Source: Eledone cirrhosa (lineage: Eukaryota). From it: DNA of 64,000 bases. Below the pieces are notes generated by a model. The model saw only the letters and a program-made list of their open reading frames with translations, ran no database searches and was not told the origin of the DNA. The translations under genes were made by a program, and so were the position numbers. The DNA lies in NCBI GenBank assembly GCA_964016885.1, contig OZ024746.1:12028001-12092000 (forward strand), written 5' to 3'. Of this stretch, positions 39,483 to 51,017 are shown piece after piece. Within the stretch, counting starts at the first letter, position 1, and the number at the start of each line of letters is the position of its first letter.

Positions 39483-39483
<1 letters not shown>

Positions 39484-40466
39484 CAATAGCAATAATAACA
39501 AATACATTGAAAAGATATTAAAAAAAAAAAAGAAAGAATTCACAAGGTAAATTAAAAATTCTAATATCTAAACATTGAAGATTTTTAAAAATAAAAATAA
39601 AATATCATAAATATACATTTTGGTAAGATAGATTTTTATTTAAACCAATATAAAAGGAAATAAGTGCTGTTAAGAGCATGAGAAATGAGACAAAACTTTA
39701 AGATAGGTTGTTGAATGTAAAAATTACATAAAATATATAAATAAAGGTTGAAATAAAATCCAAGAATCAATAAAAGAAGTATTCAGTACAGACAAGTCAA
39801 GGACTTTGAACAGGTGTGAAATAGTTGACAGCAAATTATAGAAAACTACTTACCTTCTATCATTATGTCTTCTAACCTATATGTCATAAGATCAATGGTT
39901 CACAGCTTATCAACAACACGTGTCGTCCTCACATTCCAAATGGCTCAATCGTTTTAGCTATAAATAGATACCATAAGGAGGTATATTTTTTCATGTATCA
40001 CAGTGTAAACATTGGTTGCACTGAATGACAAGTTAATTAGGAGGCACCAGACCATATTTTGTCATTTCAATTAAAACTTACACCATAATGACATAAATGC
40101 TATATTACTAAGAGTTACCTTATAAACTTAAATAGAAGTTGATCACATGTAAAATTTGATTTCTTTTTTGGAGAGAGAGAAAAATCAGGAATTCTGCATG
40201 TACCTCATGTAAAACCCTTAACAGATCAACATTTGTTGCTTGATTTTTATCCTATGTTTATATAGTAAGGAAATTAATATTTCTCCCTGTATTATTTCTG
40301 CATTTTCATATACAATTCACACAAACGTCCAACCCATGCACTTGTAAAAAAAAAATAGACATAAAAATGTTGATGATTACTGTTATGGATTTCTAGAATT
40401 CTTTATCAAAGGGGCACTACAATTACTGTAATATAATTAGTATCATACAAAGCACACCACACCTTC

Positions 40467-40882
40467 ATTATTTATAAGAAGGGCGGTGGATTGGCAGTAT
40501 TGGGAGAGGGTCGGACGCCATCCTTTGACGTATAGAGTTACGGCCCTTGCCATTCTGAGTTCAAATCCCGCCGAGGTTAACTTTGCCTTTCAACCTTACA
40601 GGGTCGATAAAATAAAGTACCAGTAATGCACTGGGTAATTGCTGGCCTTGTGCCTAACGTAGAAACAATTATTTATAAGAAGGCCAGTGGATTGGCAGTA
40701 GCGGTAGAGAGTTGGACATCATGCTTTGCAGTATAGAGTTATGGTCCTTTACAGTCTGAGTTCAAATCCCGCCGAGGTTAACTTCGCCTTTCATCATTAC
40801 GGGGTCATAAAATAAAGTACCAGTAATACACCTGGGTAAATTGCTGGCCTTATGCCAACAGTAGAAACAATTATTTATAAGA
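40467..40882 (+). mobile_element. Two full-length SINE family A copies in tandem with a triplicated target site
   Basis: attatttataaga at 40467, 40668 and 40870; the two copies differ at several diagnostic sites. Confidence 0.9.
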
Positions 40883-40887
40883 TAGGT

Positions 40888-43800
40888 CATCATCATTTAA
40901 TGTCCATGCTAGCATGGATTAGGCGAGCCCTTCCTGTCGTGAGACAAGCCAGGTCGGATGACCATGTTTTGTTCACACAGAAATGATTTTAGCTTGGTTT
41001 TTACAGCTGGATGCCCTTCTTAATTCCAACCACATTTACATTGTAGGCTGGGTGCTTTTTGTCATGATACCTACACAACCACTCTACAATGTGAGCTGGG
41101 TGCATTTTGTCATGATACCTACACAACCACTCTACAATGTGAGCTGGGTGCATTTTGTCGTGATACCTACACAACCACTCTACAATGTGAGCTGGGTGCA
41201 TTTTGTCATGATACCTACACAACCACTCTACAATGTGAGCTGGGTGCATTTTGTCGTGATACCTACACAACCACTCTACAATGTGAGCTGGGTGCATTTT
41301 GTCATGATACCTACACAACCACTCTACAGTGTAGGCTGGGTGCTTTTTGTCATGATACCTACACAACCACTCTACAATGTGAGCTGGGTGCATTTTGTCA
41401 TGATACCTACACAACCACTCTACAATGTGAGCTGGGTGCATTTTGTCGTGATACCTACACAACCACTCTACAATGTGAGCTGGGTGCATTTTGTCGTGAT
41501 ACCTACACAACCACTCTACAATGTGAGCTGGGTGCATTTTGTCGTGATACCTACACAACCACTCTACAATGTGAGCTGGGTGCATTTTGTCGTGATACCT
41601 ACACAACCACTCTACAATGTGAGCTGGGTGCATTTTGTCGTGATACCTACACAACCACTCTACAATGTGAGCTGGGTGCATTTTGTCATGATACCTACAC
41701 AACCACTCTACAATGTGAGCTGGGTGCATTTTGTCGTGATACCTACACAACCACTCTACAATGTGAGCTGGGTGCATTTTGTCGTGATACCTACACAACC
41801 ACTCTACAATGTGAGCTGGGTGCATTTTGTCGTGATACCTACACAACCACTCTACAATGTGAGCTGGGTGCATTTTGTCGTGATACCTACACAACCACTC
41901 TACAATGTGAGCTGGGTGCATTTTGTCGTGATACCTACACAACCACTCTACAATGTGAGCTGGGTGCATTTTGTCGTGATACCTACACAACCACTCTACA
42001 ATGTGAGCTGGGTGCATTTTGTCGTGATACCTACACAACCACTCTACAATGTGAGCTGGGTGCATTTTGTCGTGATACCTACACAACCACTCTACAATGT
42101 GAGCTGGGTGCATTTTGTCGTGATACCTACACAACCACTCTACAATGTGAGCTGGGTGCATTTTGTCGTGATACCTACACAACCACTCTACAATGTGAGC
42201 TGGGTGCATTTTGTCGTGATACCTACACAACCACTCTACAATGTGAGCTGGGTGCATTTTGTCGTGATACCTACACAACCACTCTACAATGTGAGCTGGG
42301 TGCATTTTGTCGTGATACCTACACAACCACTCTACAATGTGAGCTGGGTGCATTTTGTCGTGATACCTACACAACCACTCTACAATGTGAGCTGGGTGCA
42401 TTTTGTCGTGATACCTACACAACCACTCTACAATGTGAGCTGGGTGCATTTTGTCGTGATACCTACACAACCACTCTACAATGTGAGCTGGGTGCATTTT
42501 GTCGTGATACCTACACAACCACTCTACAATGTGAGCTGGGTGCATTTTGTCGTGATACCTACACAACCACTCTACAATGTGAGCTGGGTGCATTTTGTCG
42601 TGATACCTACACAACCACTCTACAATGTGAGCTGGGTGCATTTTGTCGTGATACCTACACAACCACTCTACAATGTGAGCTGGGTGCATTTTGTCGTGAT
42701 ACCTACACAACCACTCTACAATGTGAGCTGGGTGCATTTTGTCGTGATACCTACACAACCACTCTACAATGTGAGCTGGGTGCATTTTGTCGTGATACCT
42801 ACACAACCACTCTACAATGTGAGCTGGGTGCATTTTGTCGTGATACCTACACAACCACTCTACAATGTGAGCTGGGTGCATTTTGTCGTGATACCTACAC
42901 AACCACTCTACAATGTGAGCTGGGTGCATTTTGTCGTGATACCTACACAACCACTCTACAATGTGAGCTGGGTGCATTTTGTCGTGATACCTACACAACC
43001 ACTCTACAATGTGAGCTGGGTGCATTTTGTCGTGATACCTACACAACCACTCTACAATGTGAGCTGGGTGCATTTTGTCATGATACCTACACAACCACTC
43101 TACAATGTGAGCTGGGTGCATTTTGTCGTGATACCTACACAACCACTCTACAATGTGAGCTGGGTGCATTTTGTCGTGATACCTACACAACCACTCTACA
43201 ATGTGAGCTGGGTGCATTTTGTCATGATACCTACACAACCACTCTACAATGTGAGCTGGGTGCATTTTGTCGTGATACCTACACAACCACTCTACAGTGT
43301 GGGCTGGGTGCATTTTGTCGTGATACCTACACAACCACTCTACAATGTGAGCTGGGTGCATTTTGTCGTGATACCTACACAACCACTCTACAATGTGAGC
43401 TGGGTGCATTTTGTCGTGATACCTACACAACCACTCTACAATGTGAGCTGGGTGCATTTTGTCATGATACCTACACAACCACTCTACAATGTGAGCTGGG
43501 TGCATTTTGTCGTGATACCTACACAACCACTCTACAGTGTGGGCTGGGTGCATTTTGTCGTGATACCTACACAACCACTCTACAATGTGAGCTGGGTGCA
43601 TTTTGTCATGATACCTACACAACCACTCTACAATGTGGGCTGGGTGCATTTTGTCGTGATACCTACACAACCACTCTACAGTGTGGGCTGGGTGCATTTT
43701 GTCGTGATACCTACACAACCACTCTACAATGTGAGCTGGGTGCATTTTGTCATGATACCTACACAACCACTCTACAATGTGAGCTGGGTGCATTTTGTCG

Positions 43801-44590
43801 TGATACCTACACAACCACTCTACAGTGTGAGCTGGGTGCATTTTGTCGTGATACCTACACAACCACTCTACAATGTGAGCTGGGTGCATTTTGTCGTGAT
43901 ACCTACACAACCACTCTACAATGTGAGCTGGGTGCATTTTGTCATGATACCTACACAACCACTCTACAATGTGAGCTGGGTGCATTTTGTCGTGATACCT
44001 ACACAACCACTCTACAGTGTGGGCTGGGTGCATTTTGTCGTGATACCTACACAACCACTCTACAATGTGAGCTGGGTGCATTTTGTCATGATACCTACAC
44101 AACCACTCTACAATGTGAGCTGGGTGCATTTTGTCGTGATACCTACACAACCACTCTACAGTGTGGGCTGGGTGCATTTTGTCGTGATACCTACACAACC
44201 ACTCTACAATGTGAGCTGGGTGCATTTTGTCATGATACCTACACAACCACTCTACAATGTGAGCTGGGTGCATTTTGTCGTGATACCTACACAACCACTC
44301 TACAGTGTGAGCTGGGTGCATTTTGTCGTGATACCTACACAACCACTCTACAGTGTGGGCTGGGTGCATTTTGTCGTGATAGCTACACAACCACTCTACA
44401 GTGTGAGCTGGGTGCATTTTGTCGTGATACCTACACAACCACTCTACAATGTGAGCTGGGTGCATTTTGTCGTGATAGCTACACAACCACTCTACAGTGT
44501 GGGCTGGGTGCATTAGTTGTGGCACCTACTCAACCACTTTACAGTGTTGACTGGGCACTTTTTGTCGTGACACCTACACAACCAATGTGC
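40888..44590 (-). mobile_element. RTE-tailed short element (family B) with a 3.5-kb expansion of its 48-bp unit
   Basis: (cat)n-ttaatgtccatgctagcatgg...gctggatgcccttc body at 40888-41040 runs directly into the array. Confidence 0.8.
41030..44590. repeat. Minisatellite, 48-bp unit (gtgagctgggtgcattttgtcgtgatacctacacaaccactctacaat), about 74 copies
   Basis: Direct inspection; homogeneous centre, variant-rich ends. Confidence 0.97.
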
Positions 44591-44904
44591 ATTTATTAGT
44601 ATAGTTCATTATAATTACACATACTATAACTCTGAATGGGTGGTAGCAACACACACTTCATCAACCTACAGTTCATAGATATAAACATAACACTGGTTAC
44701 AATATTTCCATAGTTATCTGATAAGCAATGAAAGGCAATACTTCTCAATGCAATGAGCTTACAACCACCAGCATTACTATTTCTATCAGTAACAGTGATC
44801 TGAGAAATTATAAACATCAGAACTATAAACAAATAACATGGATTACCATGTTATTTGTTGTGACAACATATATTAATTTCTGTATATTCCTGAGATTTGT
44901 GCAA

Positions 44905-46385
44905 AAATAATCACCACAATCATCCTTTGCACCTTTTCCTTTATGAAACACCACCATCAATGCATCTTTCCTGTCTTGGGGGATGCTTTCATCCTTCCAC
45001 ACCTTATGTATCAGATTTGTAAGAAGTTGAAGAATGTTTTGACACATTTCAGTACCTCAGCACAAATACCATCCCACTTTCACAATTCTCTATTATTGAG
45101 TTGTTTTATAGCCACTTCCACTTCTTTCATTATAAGACTTTCTGTTAGTACATTATTTGTAGGCCAACTAAGAATTGAGTCAATAAACTCCCCTGACCTG
45201 AAAAGGCCTACAGAGGTGCAATTGGAGAGGAATAAGGACCATAGACTTCTCGTAATAAGCTTTAAAGTAGCTTTGTATTATTGGCATCAGCTACATCCTG
45301 AATCTCCTTTGCTTTACTTCTCCACCATGCATCTTGCATGTTATGGAGTTCACGCTGTAAGTTAGCCTTCACACCCTTTAACAATATGGCACTCCTTCTA
45401 GCTCCTTGCTCTCCTGTAAGCACTCTCAGCATTGCTGTCGTCTTTTCATTAAGTAGCACTTGAATCGCTTCCTCATTTTCAACAAACCAATCTTGATGTT
45501 TTCTATTAATAAAACTAAGAATGCCAAAGTATCATAAACTGAAGTTTTGAAATTTTCCCATATGTCATTGGATCTTGTCTAACCTTTTCACCAATTCATC
45601 TTTTATTGAAGTATTTTAAATCAGAGCAGTATTCAATTTCTTTGGAACAACACCATTTATTCGTATTATCAGCTTTACAACAAATGTTACCTTAATGTGA
45701 ACAAGACATTGGTTTATACAGTGCTGAGCTCCTCACAACACAGACATCACAGATATCTTGAAAATCACACCCACACACAAGAACAAAATCTATCACATGC
45801 CACTGCTTTGAATCTGGATTCATCCAGATTCTCTTGTGCTTCTTCTTGTACTGGAAGAGAGTGTTAGGTATATAAAGACTTAGCTTCTGGCACATTTGCA
45901 GGAGTAACAAGTCATTGCCGTTATATTTTCCAATCCCAAGTTTACCAATCACATCTTATGTCCTTTCCAACCCTAGCACAAAAATCTGCAAGTATGAGAA
46001 TATTTACAGATCAGAGGATCTTCGAAACAAGTTCTTTTAAGGAAAGATAAAATTGCAAGCTTTTTGTCCTTTGTACTGTACATAGTTGGAGCATATACAC
46101 TTACAAATGTGATCTAGTTAATTTTGGATAGTAGAACCTTCATAGAAATGAGTCAATCAGAGAAGCCACAGGGGAACTCATCTAGTTTGGAAGCAATTGT
46201 ATTTTTAACAGCCTATCTCTTGCATCCTTCTGATCTTCCACTCTAATAAAAAGTGTATCCACCAGACCTGAAAACGAGCCTCCTCAACAAACCTTCTTTC
46301 AGACAAGAACAAGTCAATATCACTGGTTGCCATCAAATCGCAGGTTTTACATCAGAGTTTTCCTTCTCCTAGAATGATGTCCTAA
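44905..46385 (-). pseudogene. Decayed RTE (BovB-like) LINE, endonuclease-to-RT region
   Basis: Minus-strand fragments IGKLGIGKYNGNDLLLLQMC...NTLFQ...SKQWHVIDFVLV (APE endonuclease), MQDAWWRSKAKEIQDVAD and LIHKVWKDESIPQDRKDALMVVFHKGKGAKDDCGDY. Confidence 0.87.
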
Positions 46386-46599
46386 CAAGGACCAAGGATC
46401 TTTCACCTCTAACGCACACACACATACATACACACATACTCATATATACATACACATATTTATGTATTAATATACTCACACATACACAAAGAAATACTAT
46501 ATTGATTATACATACTCATCCAGTCATTTTAACTGAAAGTTCCAGAGTCCTGAAATTGGAAGTGATCATTAGATATTGTAAACCCACTCCACTTATTCA

Positions 46600-47055
46600 C
46601 CAGCACCATTAAACCTGACACCACACCACCACCATCATTAAACCTGACACCACACCACCACCACCACCATTAAACCTGACACCACACCACCACCATTAAA
46701 CCTGACACCACACCACCGCCATTAAACTTGACACCACCACTACCATTAAAACAGACACCACACCACCACCACCATTAAAACAGACACCACACCACCACCA
46801 CCACCACCATTAAAACAGACACCACACCACCACGACCATTAAACCTGACACCACACCAGCACCACCATCACCATTAACCAGACACCACACCAGCACCACC
46901 ATCACCATTAACCGCACTGCCACCATCACCATTAACCAGACACCACACCACCACGACCATTAAACCTGACACCACACCAGCACCGCCATCACCATTAACC
47001 AGACACCACACCACCACCACCACCACACCACCACCACCATCATTAACCAGACATA
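46600..47055. repeat. Degenerate ~25-35-bp tandem repeat (ccattaaacctgacaccacaccacca)
   Basis: Direct inspection. Confidence 0.85.
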
Positions 47056-47187
47056 ACACACATATACACACAATTGATCTGTTTGTTTTTGTGTCTAGGT
47101 ATATACTGTGTATATATGACTGACAGAGTACTTCCGTGTCTGCGTGTATGCATAAGTATATGTATATGTTAGTATGATAGCATAAGC

Positions 47188-47218
<31 letters not shown>

Positions 47219-47229
47219 TTTATATATAT

Positions 47230-47880
47230 GCCTATAATAGAGCACTTCTGTGTCGGCATGTGTGTATATGTGTATATGTTAGTATAATAGCATGTGTGTA
47301 TATGTTAGTATGATGTTTATGTGTGTATATGTTAGTACAAATAGCATGTGTGTATATGTATATATATCTTAGCATGATAGCATGTGTGTATATGTTAGTT
47401 TAATAGCATGTGTGTATATGTATATATATCTTAGCATGATAGCATGTGTGTATATGTTAGTTTAATAGCATGTGTGTATATGTATATATATCTGAGCATG
47501 ATAGCATGTGTGTATATGTTAGTATGATGTTTATGTGTGTATATGTTAGTTTAATAGCATGTGTGTATATGTATATATATCTTAGCATGATAGCATGTGT
47601 GTATATGTTAGTTTAATAGCATGTGTGTATATGTATATATATCTTAGCATGATAGCATGTGTGTATATGTTAGTTTAATAGCATGTGTGTATATGTATAT
47701 ATATCTTAGCATGATAGCATGTGTGTATATGTTAGTTTAATAGCATGTGTGTATATGTATATATATCTTAGCATGATAGCATGTGTGTATATGTTAGTTT
47801 AATAGCATATGTGTATATGTATATATATATTAGTATATATTAGTATGATAGCATGTGTATGTTAGTATGATAGCATAAGC
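47230..47880. repeat. Compound minisatellite with a 62-bp higher-order unit built from tagcatgtgtgtatatg subunits
   Basis: cttagcatga recurs at 47581, 47643 and onward (period 62). Confidence 0.88.
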
Positions 47881-47990
47881 TACTAATGGAATTGTAATTA
47901 CTGATGCCATTTACTTACTGAGGTGTGGTCTTTGTGATTGTTAGCGCTGCTATATTTGTAAGGATTAGTGTGTGTGAGAGAGAGAGAGAG

Positions 47991-48028
<38 letters not shown>

Positions 48029-48349
48029 ATTAGCTCAAACATTGCTATAGTAAAACACTATAGGGATTACGAGGCTGATAGTAATGTTGCTGATGGAAAT
48101 TCTAATGGTATTCAAAGTGAAATGATGGTGGTGGTGGAGGTGGCGGTGGTGGCGGCGGCGGTGGAGGTGGTGGCTGCTGTAATGCTAGTGTAATAAAATT
48201 GTTGATTGTAATGGTGAAGGTTGTGCTGATCGAGATTGTTGTATCCAGAATAAGAATACTGGTGGTGGTGGCAATGATGATGATGGTGGTGGCGTTGGTG
48301 GTGGTAGTACAGGTGGTGGTGGTAGCAGTGGTGGTGGTGGAGATTCATG

Positions 48350-49095
48350 TAGTGGTGGTGGTGGCTATGGTGGTAGTGGTGGTGGCTATGGTGGTAGTGG
48401 TGGTGGCTATGGTGGTAGTGGTGGTGGCTATGGTGGTAGTGGTGGTGGCTATGGTGGTAGTGGTGGTGGCTATGGTGGTAGTGGTGGTGGCTATGGTGGT
48501 AGTGGTGGTGGCTATGGTGGTAGTGGTGGTGGCTATGGTGGTAGTGGTGGTGGCTATGGTGGTAGTGGTGGTGGCTATGGTGGTAGTGGTGGTGGCTATG
48601 GTGGTAGTGGTGGTGGCTATGGTGGTAGTGGTGGTGGCTATGGTGGTAGTGGTGGTGGCTATGGTGGTAGTGGTGGTGGATATGGTGGTAGTGGTGGTGG
48701 ATATGGTGGTAGTGGTGGTGGCTATGGTGGTAGTGGTGGTGGATATGGTGGTAGTGGTGGTGGCTATGGTGGTAGTGGTGGTGGCTGTAGTGGTAGTGGC
48801 TATGGTGGTGGTGGTGGTGGCTATGGTGGTGGTGGTGGAGGTGGTGGCTATGGTGGTAGTGGTGGTGGCTATGGTGGTGGTGGTGGAGGTGGTGGCTATG
48901 GTGGTAGTGGTGGTGGCTATGGTGGTGGTGGTGGAGGTGGTGGCTATGGTGGTAGTGGTGGTGGCTATGGTGGTAGTGGTAGTGGTGGTGGCTATGGTGG
49001 TAGTGGTAGTGGTGGTGGCTATGGTGGTGGAGGTGGTGGCTATGGTGGTAGTGGTGGTGGCTATGGTGGTAGTGGTGGTGGCTATGGTGGTAGTG
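48350..49095. repeat. 21-bp (gtagtggtggtggctatggtg)n repeat derived from (GGT)n
   Basis: Direct inspection. Confidence 0.93.
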
Positions 49096-49171
49096 CTAAT
49101 GTTGATGCTATTTAAATAAGAATGGTTATAGTATTGATAATCGCAGACATTTCGTAGTATTAAGGAAGGTG

Positions 49172-49480
49172 AGTGTGGTGTGGTGTGGTGTGGTGTAGTA
49201 CGGTGTGGTGTAGTGAGGCATGGTGTAGTGTAGTGAGGTGTGGCATGGTGTAGTGTGGTGTGGTGTAGTTTGGTGCAGTGTGGTGTGGTGTGGTGTAGTA
49301 CGGTGTATTGTAGAGTGGTGTAGTGCAGTGTGGTGTGGCATGGTGTGATGTGGTGTGGTACGGTGTATTGTAGAGTGGTGTAGTGTAGTGTGGTGTGTTG
49401 CTGTGTGGTGTAGTGCCGTGTGGTGTGGTGTAGTGCCGTGTGGTGTGGTGTAGTGCAGTATGGTGTAGTGCGGTGTGTAT
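49172..49480. repeat. (GTGTG/GTGTA)n pentanucleotide microsatellite
   Basis: Direct inspection. Confidence 0.9.
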
Positions 49481-49843
49481 AGTGTTGGCATTATCTAATT
49501 ATAGTGTTGGAGGTTAATAGGATGAGGACTTTAATGATTCTAGTATTAATGCTGGTGTTTGTGGTAATGGTGCTAGTTGTTAGATTAGACAGAAGCTGTC
49601 AGTGTTGCCAGGTCTGGAGTGATGCCAACCATGATGGTGGAATGGTAAGAATCAGGAAAGGTCCTATTTTGTTGGCAGCTCCTCTTTCTCTCATTATTTC
49701 CAATCATTTCAATTACTGAAAGATAGCAAACCATATGATAAGGCTGTTGCAGCCACCTGCTATGTTGTGTATTTATTGTTATGGAGTCATTAAGGACAGT
49801 AGAGTGACAGAAGCTGTGGAGGGCCAGACAATATGCTTTGTGG

Positions 49844-50012
<169 letters not shown>

Positions 50013-50019
50013 CAATTTA

Positions 50020-50190
50020 ATATCTAGTTTCCATGGATTAGACAGGATGTCACGTTATGAGGCTAGGCAGGTCAGGTGAACATGTCTTGCTCACACATTC
50101 CGTATTCGGTTTAGTTTTTTATGGTTGGATCCTCCTCTTAAAATAAATCACTTTACAGCATGTACTGGGTGTTTTTTGTTGTGACAAAAT
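50020..50190 (-). mobile_element. Diverged family B short element
   Basis: ccatggattagacagg...catgtcttgctcacac...ctttacagcatgtactgggtgttttttgttgtgaca. Confidence 0.6.
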
Positions 50191-50715
50191 AAGGATAGAG
50201 ATCAGATGTACTTAACAATAGCAAAAACAAACACTACAGGGAGCCTCACCCCAGAAAGAATTTCTATAGACTTTTGACTGAGGAATACTCTCAAAACTGA
50301 CCATTGGGAGGAGTGACTTTACAAATCTTTATAACATTGAGATTGGGTATAACACACACACATTTTAATTTGATTATTTTATTTTGTTCCTTTACCATCT
50401 TATTCCTTCTACCACTTTATCATTTTTTTGAGCTGACTCCAACACCACTACCAACATAAGAGTAGAGGTCAGTTGTACTTAACAAGAACAACCACTACAG
50501 GTTGCCTTGCCTCAGAACGAATTTCTATAGACTTTTGACTGAGGAATGTTCTAACAACTGACCAATGAGAGGAGAAGAGGTCCTTTGACGCTGAAATTTG
50601 TTTGTTTAAATTCATTTGATTCCAGTTCCTCAGTGAAATAACAACCCAATCAGAGTATTGACAAAGTTAAACACCTCAACAACATGTATACTCGTCTCTA
50701 CCACACTAATTCGAA

Positions 50716-50775
50716 ATGCCTGAAGAAGTCACAGCCGAAGATGGCTGTCACCGAAATATATATAGCAGTAATAAA
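50716..50775 (+). ncRNA. Minimal type I hammerhead ribozyme motif followed by AATAAA (Penelope-like pseudo-LTR remnant)
   Basis: atgc-CTGAAGA-agtcacagcc-gaagat-ggctgtcacc-GAAA-tatata-TA-gcagt-AATAAA. Stem II acagcc/ggctgt, palindromic stem III, short stem I tgc/gca, AUA triplet. Confidence 0.68.
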
Positions 50776-50984
50776 CGAAGCCAAATTTTAAACATTTGAC
50801 TTATTTATTTTATTTTATTTTATATATATATGTGTGTGTGTGTGTGTACATTTCTTCTGAGAATGAAACCTTGTTATGTTACTGAATTATCCAAAGATTA
50901 ATAAAGAAAACAAGAATTTGTTAATGCAATGTCACATATTCACAGAAATCCTTGGATTGGATGAAAGGAAGATACAGGTCAAAT

Positions 50985-51017
50985 GTGGCTGGCAGGGCAT
51001 AGTTTGCTGACCCCTGC
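50985..51017. mobile_element. hAT (Charlie-like) right-end remnant
   Basis: gtggctggcagggcatagtttgctgacccctg; a left-end-like cagtgattcctaaac occurs separately at about 16773. Confidence 0.35.

Noticed and set aside
40481-40570. tRNA gene suggested by A and B boxes
   Set aside because: It is the head of a multi-copy SINE; no complete cloverleaf.
40983-44525. 1177-aa and 1174-aa ORFs on opposite strands
   Set aside because: They are translations of a 48-bp (16-codon) tandem repeat embedded in a retroelement; open on both strands, with no domain and no unique termini.
48199-49119. 306-aa poly-Val/Ala/Met ORF
   Set aside because: Microsatellite-derived 21-bp repeat.
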